Below are positions 47,329-60,981 of a stretch of 64,000 nt of DNA, piece after piece; positions within the stretch are counted from its first letter, which is position 1; each line of letters opens with the position of its first letter. The notes beneath the pieces were generated by a model, which was given only the letters and a program-made list of their open reading frames with translations, did no database searches and was not told the DNA's origin. This DNA is from Camelus ferus (lineage: Eukaryota). The DNA lies in assembly GCF_009834535.1 (NCBI RefSeq), contig NC_045697.1, forward strand, positions 27,592,001 through 27,656,000. The letters run 5' to 3'. The translations under genes and the position numbers were made by a program.

Positions 47329-50300
47329 TCCTTCGAAAGCTGGCTCTGCCTCTCAGTGTCAGGTTGTGCCGCACCTGAATTGTATACTCCCTTCTAGACA
47401 CACTGAAGTGTTCGCCTTTTCAGACTCACATGCTCTTTCATTCCTCTGCACCTTTGCATAGACTCTCCCCTTTGTTCACATCGCCTCTCCCCTTCTCACT
47501 GCCTGGTCAGGTTAGCAAACTCCTATGAATGCAAACCATTCTGTATGAGCCACTAGCAACATTTATCCATTGTATTGTCATTATTCATTAATAAGCCTAC
47601 AGTTACCCACACCTGTGATCACAGGTCTGGCTCTGAGGACCTCAAGGAACATGCCGAATACTTCCAGCTGGTGCTGTTTCTGCCGCGGTGACTTGATATT
47701 GCTAGTCACAGCCTCGTGTAGTGTGCGTTTCTCTGGCGTATTCCTTTTGACCACTTGAAAGCTCAGAACCGAAGAAATGCTTAAACTGAACAAGCATAGA
47801 AGACTCACAGCGTGTATACAAGTGCTCCTCTCCTTGGCCCCAGTCTGTCTCCTCGTTCTAACTTGTATTTCCTCTGTTTTTGATGTTTTGTTTGCATTTT
47901 GCTCTTTTATTGTAGGCATTAAAAAAAGCTCCTCAAATCTTTATATAATGAACCAGGATTTGTTCATTTATATATTCATCCACAAATAAATCACTATTTC
48001 CCCTTGATTACTTTTTGTACTTTTTCAGAGTGGAAATGCGCTGTGTATTTTGGCTTAGCATCCAGCAGTGTACTTGGTGTATTTGATGCCTAGAGTGGGT
48101 CATCTTTTTAAGGCTCTTCCCCAAATGACAAAATTATTTTCAGGAATAATCATGAAATGAAATGAATAATAATAATTGTTGGAGGGAAACACAGTGAAAA
48201 TTTTCTTTTAATAAACTTTGTACCACAGGGACTGGAGAAAGAACTACATCCAAAGTGAATGGCGGCAACTCTGAACCATAAACTCACTTCAAAATGAACA
48301 GTGTCCAAGGCTGCGGCCAATGAGTCAGGGGCAATGGTGCTGGGAGTCCTACAATTTAATTTCTGCATAGAATACAATGTTTGTTAAAGGATAAATAATG
48401 AAATGTGCTAGTTTGAGGCTTACCTATAAATTATTAAACTCAACAGTAGTAGCAGCCCTTGTGTAGAACTTCGATAAACAAAAGATTTTTTTGAGGAAAG
48501 GAGTTTTATCTCTAATATTGTTGAGAATGGTCCAGCACATAGTGATAATAAAAACCACCCCATCTCTTAGTTACCTTTATTATTGTCTTTAATTTTTTCA
48601 TAGAAAATGTCCACCTTCTCCTCTGACCACACACACACACACACACACACGCACGCCAACATCATTGTTAGACTCTGAGCTGGTGGATCGAAACTTCAGA
48701 TTTGGAAGTTTCATGTTGAAAATACAGCAAAGTGGTGTCTGCATTGCTTTGCTGGGATGCATTTTCCTTTGGGCTTGGTTAAATCAATTCCTCCTCCTGC
48801 AATGCCTAACCATCTCCACGTGTCGTAAATCCAACCCTTGGGTCCGCCAGTAAGCTTAGATTGACTTCATGGAGTGTCAGCAATTTTCTAGTATGACAGC
48901 TCGACTTTAGTCTTGGACTCACGATCCCAGCTCAGGTAAGAAGCATCTCCAAATTCAGAAGAGCAGCGAGATGGGTAAATTGGAACAAATCAGCATGCAT
49001 AAATAACTGTTTAAATGAGTTATGGAAAATGAAGCTTGGTGCATAAAACCTGCTTTATTAAGGCTGAAATCAAAATTTATATCTAGAAGTAGGTATGATG
49101 GGAGCCACCAGAACTGGCATGCTTTTAGGAGGACATGGTAACAATCTTTGTGTTTTATTTTGCAATGCAGTTGGACTGCAGTTAAACGAAGCCTAAAGAG
49201 GGATGCTAAATATGTTTCTTTGAGGATCTGAGGGCTGGACAAAACTCCCTCCTTGTTTGAACTCTATCAGTCTATAGGTCCTATGCCATGATTAAAGTTA
49301 TTCAAGTTCAAGAACCGCATGTTCATTGTAACAACTGTAGCATAATATACATGTGGAGGGGTGTAGATTCAGTTCAAAGAGATTCAATCTGATTTCCAAG
49401 GGCCTATTACGATGAGATTAGGTGTGTCAATGTGATCCACCCTAAGACAGATTTTGGTTGCTGCTGACCAGTTCTGCTAAAAAAAAAAAAAAAAATCTTG
49501 TTATTATTGACTCCTTTCTTAATTTCATAATGGAGAAACAGACACCAGTCCAGATAACGAAGAACTCAGGTAAGCCCACTACCAGTTTAATCGAAACAGG
49601 TAGCAGAAGCAATTGCAGTCATTTTCTGTAACTTTTGCATTTAAAGAAGCCATTTTTGAAACATGCAGGCACAAATGCTGTGGGTCATTCCCACTCTGTG
49701 AAAACTGAATCTTCATGAGATTCTCATAGTCCCAAGCTATAATGGATAGAGTAGAGGATTCCAAACTCTTTATATTCCCAGAGGGACATTTGAATTTGGG
49801 CTTAAAGAACATCTCCTGCTCGTGTTAGGAGTACCCTCGCCCTGACCCCACGAGCACTCCCCACTGTCCTGTCTCCTCTGGCAGATACAGATGTGGCATG
49901 TACAATATGGGCTTCCTTTCTTTTGGCAGATCCTGAATGAAGCCAAGGGGAACAGTTACAAAACAGAAAGTTGACTATGATGGAACACTCTTTGGTGCTA
50001 CATCTGATATGATTAACAATTTATTTTGGCAACACCCGGGATGGGTTTCATATGGTTTTCCTGAATTCAACAGGACTCCTGCCAGGAGAATCAAGAACAC
50101 TACAAAGTAATCCAGGCTGAGGGAGAAAGAAGTATGCCATCTTGCAAAGTGTTTCATAGTGTTGCCTCTGTGATCTGGAAACCAGCCATCGCTCCAATCC
50201 CTCTATTTCCAACTGCTCTTCAACTCTTGTCTTACTAGACTCGGGTTGATGGATGACTTTATAATTAGCAGGGTAGATAGCCTAGAGGAGAAAGCAGTGT

Positions 50301-51569
50301 AAGAAGGGACTTGAAACATGTGGCAGCCAAGCATTTTGCAATGTACAAGTATTCTTAAAATATGGATGTTTCATCCAAGTCATCATCTTTAAGAAGCACA
50401 ATTGCGCGATATTGTGGATTTCGGAGTTAACTCCTCTTACAGGAATTTACTTGCAGGCTGCAAAAGCTGGTTGACCTATTACAGAGGAATGCTTCTTTCC
50501 CAGAGTTGATATTTCTGTCCATGTGGAAGGACTGCCACTGGCATAACATTCTTGGGTTTTCTCCACTCTCCATCCTTTATTCACCCTCAGGGTGAGTTTG
50601 AAAAGAAGGGCTGGGCATGCATTCTTGAACTCTTTCCTTTTCCCTTTGTCTTGGGAAGGAGCCTACATGCAAAGAGCATAAGTTATCATCACTCTGGAAT
50701 AAGCCTGCAGGGGAGGAAGCCCACAGATATGAGGCATGTTGCTTTTAGTTATAAGGCATGTTGACTGTAAGAAAGTATTAGGAAGCCCACTTACTTATAC
50801 TGATTAGCCCATTTTAAAATTTAGCACTGCCAATAATTAAGGTGATGTTTTGGTTCTCTACCTTCCTTAACCCCTTGTTTTACTTCTCAGTGGTCCAGAA
50901 CATGGGCAAGAAAAAGTCATGCTCATTATTGGTTCCTGCCAAACCTCAACAGATGATTAGCCAGTGGTAGGTTTCATCTGATAGAGAATAGTTTTCACAT
51001 TGTTTTTGACTTACCTTCCAGATTGATCAGTAGACTAATATTTCCTTTACTCTCCACTGGATTAAAAGAAACAGCTTGCTATTCAGCTTCGGGCTTAAGT
51101 GGGCAAACAGACTCTCAGAATCAGTAAGACTGTGATATGGAGAACCACTTGACTTTACAGTTTGCTATAACCACGTGCGTTCCTCTTCTATTCACTCAGA
51201 GTTCGAAGACTGCCCCACATTGCCCTTTACTCTTCCTGCGACCTAGACTCTTAGGATCATTTTGGGGGATATAAAATCCTCTCGATCTGGACAGCAGTCA
51301 GATGGACTTGAAATTGACAATGACACTCTGCGCTTTGATCTTTCATTGAGAGGTCAGCCAAGATGGGCAAGGCCACAGTTAAATTAAATACTCAAACTGG
51401 AGAGGTGGGGAAGAAAGCCAAGAAGGAAAGGATACCTCCCAACCTTGATCTTCAGCTAAAAATTTTGAAATCAGCATTTAAGGTAAGAATATACTTGCAA
51501 TTTTCCAATATCAATGTGAATACCCATAAATAAGGACGTGTGTCTGTGACCACAACATGTAACTGATAA

Positions 51570-51775
51570 GGTCCTAACATTCATAAAGTCTTTCATCCAC
51601 TTTACCCCATCCGATCTTACCCTGTGAAGTCACCCCATTTTAAGATGCTGTCACCCCATTTTAAGAGCTTGGCAAACTGAGGTCTAGGGGAGAGAGGAAC
51701 TTGCTCAAACTTTCTCAGCTGTTAAGTGTTAGATTCAAACCTCTCAGACACAGCGATCTTCTTACTCTACTGCAA
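51570..51775 (-). mobile_element. MIR SINE with an internal 17-bp tandem duplication
   Basis: CCCCATTTTA...AAACTGAGG...AACTTGCTCAA...GATTCAAACC; GTCACCCCATTTTAAGA occurs twice. Confidence 0.75.
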
Positions 51776-54700
51776 CCGCTTCCATGCCTATATACTTCAG
51801 AATACACAAAACTTTGATATACATCAAAGAAGTAGATAAAACAGCTGGGCTTAAAATAATTGAATTTTCTTATTGGCTGTATTGTGGACAACATAGTGGA
51901 TTTCACTCCGTGATTTGAAAAGTGACTAATATTCCTGTGGTTCTATGGTGCATAAAGATAAAGAAGATGTTCCAGATTCACACTGGAGTACTGGTGATGC
52001 GGAGCTACTCAGAAGACATAGGGCTTACCCCACAAATCCTCATCCCAGTTTGAAAATTACACTGCTGAGGATCTCTCTAACTGTATGTGCCTGAGTAGCT
52101 GAAGCCTGATGCCAGCCAAGTCCATTTTATCTACCTGTGAGGGGGATTAGAGCATCTGACCCCCATCAGTGGAATCCTAATGCTCTAGGGAATGGAGAGA
52201 ATTTTCCAGAACATTCATTTGCTTAAATGAAGAATTGTTTGTTTGAACTCTGATGCAAGTAAGAATGAGGTTTTGGGCGAGGCCGGGTGGGTGGAGGCCT
52301 GGAAAACAGTTTGGTCTCATGGAGACGAGGCACAGACGTAGGTATCAGAGTGTCAGCAGGTATCCATTGCTAATACCTAGTTAACCACACATCTGTCGTT
52401 TGTCTCTCATTCCCCAAAACACCAGGATCTCAGTTCTGCTTATCTGTCTCATCTCTCCTAGGCCATCTAAGCCCTCTCTGCTCTCCATACATCCCGAAAG
52501 TCTGAGTTTACTCTAATGCTTGCCAATCTCAAGCACCAGCACCATCTCCACGTGGAGTGTGAGGTCAGACACTTATATGGGGAGGGTAATAGCTCTTGAA
52601 ATGCACACAACTCTTGAAGCTTTAAAAAGCCGTTTTATGTGTAGTATTTTATTTGGTGTTCACAATTACTCCGTGAGGTAGGCGAAGAAGCTATGGACCC
52701 CATCTCATTACTAAGAAAGTTGAGGTTCGTAGAAGTGAAGCCAGTAAGTGGCCAAACTACCAGCATCTGCTGCATCTTTAGGACCTTTCCTTCTCAGCAG
52801 AGATCCATAAACCTCTGCACCGATGGCTCTTAAATAGCTATGAGGGTAACTCCATACTGATGATAAAATAAATTCCCTTCATTGTAAAGCCATTTAAAAA
52901 AAAACCATAAAATTATATTAAGTCTATTGAAGCTAACACTGTATTCAAATGCAATAAAGTAACTATATAAATGCTTTGCTTAAAGGACAGTACCCTAATT
53001 AAGAAGACTGTTAAAAGGACAGAGCATATGAATACATCTATCACACAGGATTTACTAGAATTCATTGTACCCACAGCAATAAAGTGGGACCAGCTGTTGC
53101 CTGAAACATAGAAACAGACTCATGAAGTGGAAACTGGATATTTTCGTGATTTTTGTTAAAAAAAAAAAAAAGGAAGGGTGCCCGCACGTTCCCTTAATCC
53201 TTCTTACACTGCATATCATTCAACCAATAGTTTCATAGCATCTTCTGTCTTCCAGTCTCTGCACTTGTGGGCAGCCTGTCCTTGAATATTCATTTCAGGC
53301 TTGAATTTGTAAAGGCTCTTTGCGGCTTTGGCTCTGTCCACCTCTAAAAATGACATGTTTGTATGAAAAGCCTTCTTACTTTTAACGGCTACAACTCCAA
53401 GTGACTCTTGATTTCCCGAAGTCCATTGCTTTTCTCCATTTCTTGGGGATGGGATTCATGGGGCCTATAAAGTATTCTTCTTGTTCACTCTGCCTTTGGT
53501 TCCTCCAGCTTTAGCTGACACTTGGCCAACTGCCAACGGTCTTGGGCTTCTGCACATCTGCTTTATCAGAGACGCACCTTGTCAACATAGCGCACCAGGA
53601 AGTGCCCCGACCACTTGGTAGGATTTTACACCCTGCCTCTCCGTGGATGCTGGGTCAAAACGGTGGAGGATGGGTCTACGCTGGCACCGAGTGTCATGGT
53701 CAGAAAGGTTGCGTATTACTATCCAGACAGCAAGATAAGACTCAGTCCTTCTGCTCCAAGAAGCAATCCCCAAATGGCCCACTGTCATCTGTTTCCCTGG
53801 CAGAGTCATCTCGCACTTAGGGATTTGGTTTGTTCTGTTTTACTCTCCCAATAAAGAACTTCTTTCTCCAGTTGTGCCATGTGTTTGGGTGTGGGAAGCA
53901 AAGTCAGCGACTCTGGCCTCCATCTTGGGGTGCTATGTGAGGTTCTGCACGGGAAAAAGAAAACCATGGTAAGTATTTCAAGCAGAAAAAGCCATTGGTT
54001 TAATATAGGAAACCATGCTAACAAGATGTGTGGAAGAGCTGGAGAGATAAAAATCAGGGGGCAGATACCGGCCTTTTGGTTTCAAAACCAGCCACTGTCA
54101 CTACAAACCGGAGGTCAGGAAATGGCTGTTGCTCCTGCCAGCTCTGCTCCTGTCACCGGAGACCAGACAGGAGATGCGGTATCTGGCTGCTGCTATTAAC
54201 TTTTGTCCACTATCCCAGTTGTAGGAAAAAAGTCTCCATCTCTCTTCTGCCTTCCAAAGATCATGCAAGTGCACTTCACTGGCAGACCGTAAGTCTTCCC
54301 CAGTACCCCAGCTGCCTTGCAGACTCCAGGAGGGAACAAAAGTGAAGGAGGAATAGATGCTTCATGCCGATAAACAATACCCAGCCTGGGACTTTGGATG
54401 CTGGTTTGCTGTTTAGTGTCCCTCCGTATTTTTTTTTTTTGCACAGAAGTGTAGGGTAAGACTCCTTCACAAATGGTGGTTCCAAGTGGATTCCAGTGTC
54501 CCAAATTTGAGCTAAACTGAGAATTCCTGAGAAAAGCTTCCAAAGCAATGTGTCTCAAAATCTTAAAACTGCTTGATCTTACTCTAGTTCTTGGATAGTT
54601 TGTCCCTTAGGCTTTGTCTGTTCTCTGCAATTTTCCATAATACAAACAAAGAAATAAGATTTGGAATCTTAAGAGTAAGGTTTGAGTTTCATGTCCAACA

Positions 54701-54799
54701 CCTTCTAGCAGTTCATTGAATATTTCTGAGTTTCAGTTTCTTATTCGAACTATGAAAAAAAAAAAATAAGCGCTTACTAGATTTCAGGGGAGCAATGGA

Positions 54800-55164
54800 T
54801 TTCCACACTGTAAAGCTTGTTCTGGAGACTGGGCATGCTGGCTGACAGTTTCTACTGCATCCCTGGCTCTCAGTCTAAGAGTCGCCTTGCCCAAGGACAT
54901 GCCTCCTCCATGGGCAGCCTGTGTCCAGTGACCAGGCAATGGGGGGAGTAGGGGTAAAAAATCTCAGCCTCTTGGCTCAATTCAGGGCAACTCTGAAGGG
55001 CCCCCAGATCTAGAGGGGATCAGATGAGGATTCAGTTTCTCCCGCTGCCCCATCAGCACCCTTCGCCCTTCACAGATGTTGATCCGAGGCTGCTCCACCC
55101 AAAACCCTTCTACCCACAAATCTCCATCCGTCCGTTTGTTTCCTGGGAAACCCAAACATCAACA
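54800..55164 (+). mobile_element. ERVL LTR, LTR16C-like
   Basis: GCCCAAGGACATGCC...GGGCAGCC, CAACTCTGAAGGGCC, TGTTGATCC, CAAATCTCCATC...GGAAACCCAA. Confidence 0.75.
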
Positions 55165-55919
55165 CTGGTTTCTCAGAAAAGGAATTTATTAAAGGTGGCT
55201 CAAAGAATCTCCAGGAAGGCCAACAAGCCAAGCGTGGAGAATGTGTTCTAAAAAAGAAAGTTCCAGATGACTCCACAGACAGCTCCAGTGGAAAGGCTCC
55301 CACTCCTCACTGTGCAAAGACACAACAGTCATCACTGACGCTGCTAGGACCCCTGCCACTCCCGACCCTGGACTGAACGTGACTGCAGCCACCTTCTCCT
55401 GAATGGGTGGGGGTCAGCGTCTGCTACTTTGTCTCTCTAGCTTCCTACTCAGAGTCTCAGAGGGGCATATCTGGTTGGTGAACCCAGATCACCTGCCTGC
55501 ACCCTGGGAAATCTGCAGAGGAAGGAAGAACTCACAAAGTGGGGACTTCTTCCAAGGTAGGAAGGAGATTCAAAGATGCTAGACTCACCAAAAAAGAATG
55601 GTAAATGCCCCATGGAAGCATCATAGTGATGTTAGTTATGGGAGTGCATGGGAATGGGTCCTTACAAATTGGATAATTGTATTTCTCTCAGAAGTCTTAT
55701 GAGGTCACATCTTAACACACAGTTTATCAGAGGAGCAGAGGTGCTATGTTGGGTTGGAGGTACACACTAACTTTATTACCTTAGGAAGCACACACTAACC
55801 TGAAAACATAGACCGAAGACAGGGTGCACAGGAAATAATCAAAAAATGAATCCTAAATACTTGCTTTCCCCAAGGTTCAGACCCAGTCCTTTCCTTTCTG
55901 TACAAACCCTGTTCTTGTT

Positions 55920-56685
55920 TGATCTCACTTAAATACCATCCCTGTGATGATGCATCGAGTCTTTATGGCACTAACCTCGACTTCTTCGCTGAGCTTCAGA
56001 TTCATGTATGCAAACACCTCTACTTCAACACCTAAAAGGCATTAATACAACTAAAATATGTCTTGATTCTGTGCCAAATCCACCTCCCCCCCAACTCTTC
56101 CAGCTCCATAAATCACGCTGCCCTGAGTCACTCTGGGACTGTTTTCTTTCCTTCATGCTCCAACTGTCGTTTGTCAGCTCGACCTGGAAATATGTCCTAA
56201 ATTCATCCACTTCTCTCTGTTGGCATGATGACTTTCGTGGTCACCAGCCACCATCACCTGATGCTGCTCCAATCACCCTAATCCTTTTTAGCTCTAGGGC
56301 CTTTCTATGTACTGTCCCCAAGCTTGGAAGGTGCTGGCTGTAGATGTTGCATGGCTGGGTCCTTTCATTCAAACCTCAGCTCCAATGTCACTTTTTCTAG
56401 AGAACTTGCTGATCACCCAATCTGAAATAGCCACTCTCCCTCCGAGTTGCTTTCTATTAGATTACTCTGTTTCATTTTCTTCATAGCATTTACTGTCCCC
56501 TGAAACAATCTCATCATTGATGCATTATCTTTCCCCTCCACTGACATACAAACTTGTTAAAAACTTGCAGAAAAATTCTAACTTTGTCTGTCTTGCTCAC
56601 AACTACAACCCAGGCATCTAGAACAGTACCTGGCATATCGGAGGCATTGCATAAGTATTTCTTGAATTTATTAACCTTACTCATC
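55920..56685 (+). mobile_element. L2 3' portion
   Basis: CTCAGCTCCAATGTCAC...GCATCTAGAACAGTACCTGGCATAT...AAGTATTTCTTGAAT. Confidence 0.8.
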
Positions 56686-56713
56686 AATCCATCTTGTTTA
56701 TGTAAGTCCAGAG

Positions 56714-57200
56714 CAGGGATTTTTATCCTGGGTCCCTGTATCCTCAACAGATCTGTGACGAGAACTCAGAGAGTTATGTAAACTTGGATGGGAAAAAGTT
56801 TTACATGTTTTTTTTTTCCCACTAACTCCTAACTGAACCCAAACCATAGTAGTGTTAGTAATGTATGTGACTTAATCACCTATATAAACCACAGATATTT
56901 GCATATCACATGACGTTGCATTAGGTATCTCAGAATATTACTTGTGCCCATCACTACTTCAAAATTATGGTAATTGGATCACAGCTAGATTGATATTTAA
57001 TCCATTAATAAAGAAGTATATGGAGTACTATATTACCAAACTTTTCAAAAATAAAATAATTAAAAATTATTATTTAAAATTAAATAACAATATAAATATA
57101 AATATAATTGGTTTACATTATAATCCCATTTATTTTATACTTTAGTCTGAGGAGGATTTCACCAGAATAACAAAGGGGTTTGGGACACATATAGGTTAAA
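56714..57200. mobile_element. hAT-Charlie element (Charlie4-like)
   Basis: CAGGGATTTTTATCCTGGGTCC start, AAACTTGGATGGGAAAAA, CCACAGATATTT...CATATCACAT, CATCACTACTTCAAAATTATGGTA. Confidence 0.6.
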
Positions 57201-57385
57201 GTATAAGTAATTTAAATTTAACTTTAAATTAGTGAAACATAAAATTAAATTAAAAATGAAGGTTCTTAGTGGCATCACCCACATTCCAAATGCTCCGGAG
57301 CCACATGTGGCTAGTGGCTACCATAGTGGATGGTACTGAAGCAGAATATGTCCATCCTTACAGAAAGTCCTCTTGGGTAGCACTG
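57200..57385 (+). mobile_element. MER3/MER33-like DNA transposon
   Basis: GCCACATGTGGCTAGTGGCTACCATAGTGGA...CAGAAAGT...GCACTG. Confidence 0.8.
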
Positions 57386-58990
57386 GCCTAGAGCTAATGC
57401 TTGATTTCTGGTTTGTCTTTTCAGCGTTACCCTTTGCACTCACTCTGGATCTTGTGGACTACCTCTTCCAGCAGAAATGCTGGGGTTGGGTTAGGAGCAT
57501 GGTGGCTTTCTCTCAAGACTCTCGCTGTCTTCTTTTTACATTTAAGCTTTTACTCCATCACCAGTCTTTGCCGCCCCACCCCTGCCCTGGCCCCGCCTCG
57601 CCATGGTTCAGAGACTTGAGCTAGCCAGGGCAGTATGACTATGCAGAATCTCCTTTACGTCATTCTCAGGCTCCTGCCCTGTTTCTGGGCAGAGAAGGTA
57701 GCTGAGGATGATTAAGGACAAGTGCAGTTGCCCAGAATGGGACAACCAGGGCCATGAAGCTCTGTCTTCTTGAGGGCCCCTCAGTAGCTGTGCTCTGGCC
57801 CTAGAGGGGACAGTAGCCATACTGGGACACGTGGTGGGGCCCTCTGCCATGCTGGGGCTCTAGAGGGGGTCCCAGTTAGAGTGCCATGAGGGCTGTGGCA
57901 GGGCTGAATCAGCAGAGAGGACCTTGAGCCTTGTCCAAGCAGGGAGGGACCAGACCACGAGGGCCCGGCCACACCCTTCAGCAGTGAACTGCTTCTGAAC
58001 AGCCTGGGCAAACAGTGACCCATCAGCCCTGCAGGCATCCACGAGCTCATAGCTACAGTGTAGGCCTCCCTCTCCCCAACCCTCTCGCCCAAAGTCTCTG
58101 AGCTTCCCACATGCCCAGATACCATCCTGGAGAGGAACAGGGAGGGTGACATGACTGGGAAACACTGACTCACTCAAAAGAGACTGCTTACTGGAACAGC
58201 CTGAGTCTACCACACTGGACTGCAATCCAGTCCCACTCGTACCACTCACCAGTCAGTGGCATGGAGGTCAGGGGACACTTAAGGATAATTGGGACAGTTC
58301 TAGAAAGTTAAGAATCTATATTCTCTTTGCACACCTGAGCCTGGTATGACTAAGTCTGAGACTGGGCTTTATCTGTCCTGAATCATACAGACCACTTGCT
58401 TGGGCAAAATATGGCCCCAGACATTTTTCAGCACTTGGGGAATGAGATTCTTGTATGACTTGCTTAGCTAGGATGTGGGGAGTCATCTACTGGAGCAGCA
58501 GCCCAACGTCACCATACCCTTCCCATATTCCTGTGCCCACATAACAAGATATCCGTGTGGCCCCTGGTTTTCCAGTCCTCCCAGCGCTCCTTCTCGTCGA
58601 TTCTGAGATATGTGCATTGCAGAGACCCCACCTCTGTGTGATGCTGGACACCAATGGGGCTTCTCCAAAAAAGGGAAAGCAAAGTGCTTTATCTGCAGGT
58701 ACTGGAGGTGGCAGGTGTAGGGAACCACCAAGGTCTCCCTTCTGCTAGTGGTGGTGGTGTGTATAGGATGTTTAAGAAAGAGATGGTTTGGAGAACAGGG
58801 TCAGCAAAAAGAGATCTGCTGGCTAGAAAAAGATTAAGGAATTTGACATTTTCAGATCAATTCCTTCCCCAAGCAGAGTATTACTGGCTTTGTTTCCGGA
58901 CTAATTCATTAGAGCATAAAGACTAAATTTAATTGGCTAGCAGCTGTATGTGTGTGTATGTGTGTGTGTGTGTTTCTCTATGTTCTGTTT

Positions 58991-59447
58991 TGTCTTGGGT
59001 TGAATAGCGTTCCCCTGCCAAAACTCGTGTTCACCCAAAACCTCAGAAAGTGCTCTTATTTGGAAATAGGGTCTTTGCAGGTGTAATTAGCTAAGATGAG
59101 CTCATACTGGGCTAATGCTGCCTAAATCAAGATGACTGGTGTCCTTATAATAAGAGGAGATAATGCACAGAGGACACACACACACACACACACACAGAAT
59201 ATGTGTGGTGACAGAGGCAGAGCATGGGATGATGTATCTGCAAGCCAAGAGATGCCAAAGATTTCCAGCAGCCACCGGAAGCTAGGAAGAGGCAAGGGAA
59301 GATTCTTTTATAGGTTTCAGAGGGAGCATGGCCCTGCTGACACCTCACTTTTGGACTTCTAGCCTCAAGAACTGTGAATTAACACATTACTGTGGTTTTA
59401 AGCCACCTAGTTTGGTGTTTTGTTATGGCCGCTGTGGGAAACCCACG
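58991..59447 (+). mobile_element. MaLR LTR, MLT1C-like, with internal (CA)n
   Basis: GGGTTGAATAG, TTATTTGGAAATAGGGTCTTTGCAG, ATGACTGGTGTCCTTATAA, GAGGGAGCATGGCCCTGCTGACACC, TTTTAAGCCACCTAGTTT. Confidence 0.85.
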
Positions 59448-60981
59448 CTGGGGGTTGGGGAGGTCATACTAATACACGCTTACATGTCATAACACATGCT
59501 TTCAGGGGGTCAGTGATAAAACACGTCAATAAGCCCAGCCTGAGTAGGAACTCTAGTCTTCATGAACAATTCCCTCTAACATTTATGAGCATCCAAATAC
59601 ACAGTTTAGAGCAACTGTTACTAAAATCCCCTGCCTTACCCTAGCTTCCCCCGCCCAGTTCCTAGCCACCCCCTGCAGACTTTTATCTACCTGCCTTCTG
59701 TTTTCTTCACTTTCTCTTTCTTCTTGCCGGTCAATGTGGAGCTCAATTCCCCAAACACAGTCCCAGGCGAGATCCACTCCCACCACCCTCACCTTCTGGG
59801 GAACCTGCCTCTACTTCCCAGTCAGGTTTCTTTGGTGAGTCCGCCTGCAAAGCTTTCCCTTTCCTTAGAGAAGGGGGCAGGGCAGGAAACTCAACAAGGC
59901 CAGGGAGAGAGGATAAGCTCTGAACACCACACATTAAGCATTTTTATCCCCCCAGCACCATCTTCACTGTGCACACACCACATTTAACTTTGGTTCCCTT
60001 TGAAGGAATAACTTGATTAATGAAGCAGTTACAGAGAACTCAGCCTTTAAAACCTCTGCAGTGTCCATTGCGTGACTGAAGCTGACGATCCTTCCCAGTC
60101 ATTTGTCACACTCACCAGTGGACCATCACAGTTTGTTTTTCTCTAAGTGTAGGTCTGAAAAGGGAACCAGTTGGAGGAAGAGAAGGAGACAAAGGTAAGT
60201 GTCTTAAGAGATCTTCTTCCCTTCCCTTGCCTGCAAGGTTCTTGGATACAATCTCAAAGGATGTTAATTGTGAGCAATGATGACAAGATACATGAAATGC
60301 ACAAGGTTTTCCTAAGAAAATGTTGTGTCATAGCTGCTTTACAATGAAGGCAGTAATTGACTAAAGAGAAGGTACGAAATATAGAACACAAACTCTCCCT
60401 AGAAGTTTAAAAAGGAAGATAAAAATGCAGACATCAATAGGGAACTTCTTTAGTGCCCATTTTTAACAACATGATTCATATTACTTTTTCAAAGAACACT
60501 TTAAATGGCCTGCCTCCTTTTGTATTTTTTAACTTTTTCAAAGGGCTGTGGAGGCTTAAGGCTGGATCTTGGGGGAGACGCGGTAATTAGAGACATAAGA
60601 ACAGCTAGCACAATTTCACATGGAAAATGTCTCAACTGTGGTCATCGTGACATGGGCTTGGGAAGAAGCCACTTCATTCCACAAGACAAAATTGGGAGAA
60701 AAAAACTTAGTCATAGGGATGTGGAACTGAATTCCCAGGAAAACATGAAGCACATGCTCCAGGGCACACCTTTGAAGATGCCACTTATCTTGGGCCAAAG
60801 ATTATTTATAGAACGTGTGTTATTCACCTCCAGTTGAAATGAGAGACATAGAATGAATATTTTTAGGTCAGTGAGTATCAGATTTTACATCTTCCCAAGT
60901 CTTCAGCCCCCTTGATTACTCATGTGGAAAGCACTTTAAGGAGAGGGCGTTCAGAGCTGTTTACTATGATGAAGAAACTCC

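Noticed and set aside
46888..55788. 20/22 match CTAACTTTATTACCT(A/T)AGG(C/A)AG at 46888-46909 and 55767-55788
   Set aside because: An AT-rich match of this length is within chance expectation for all-versus-all comparison of 64 kb, and it does not extend.
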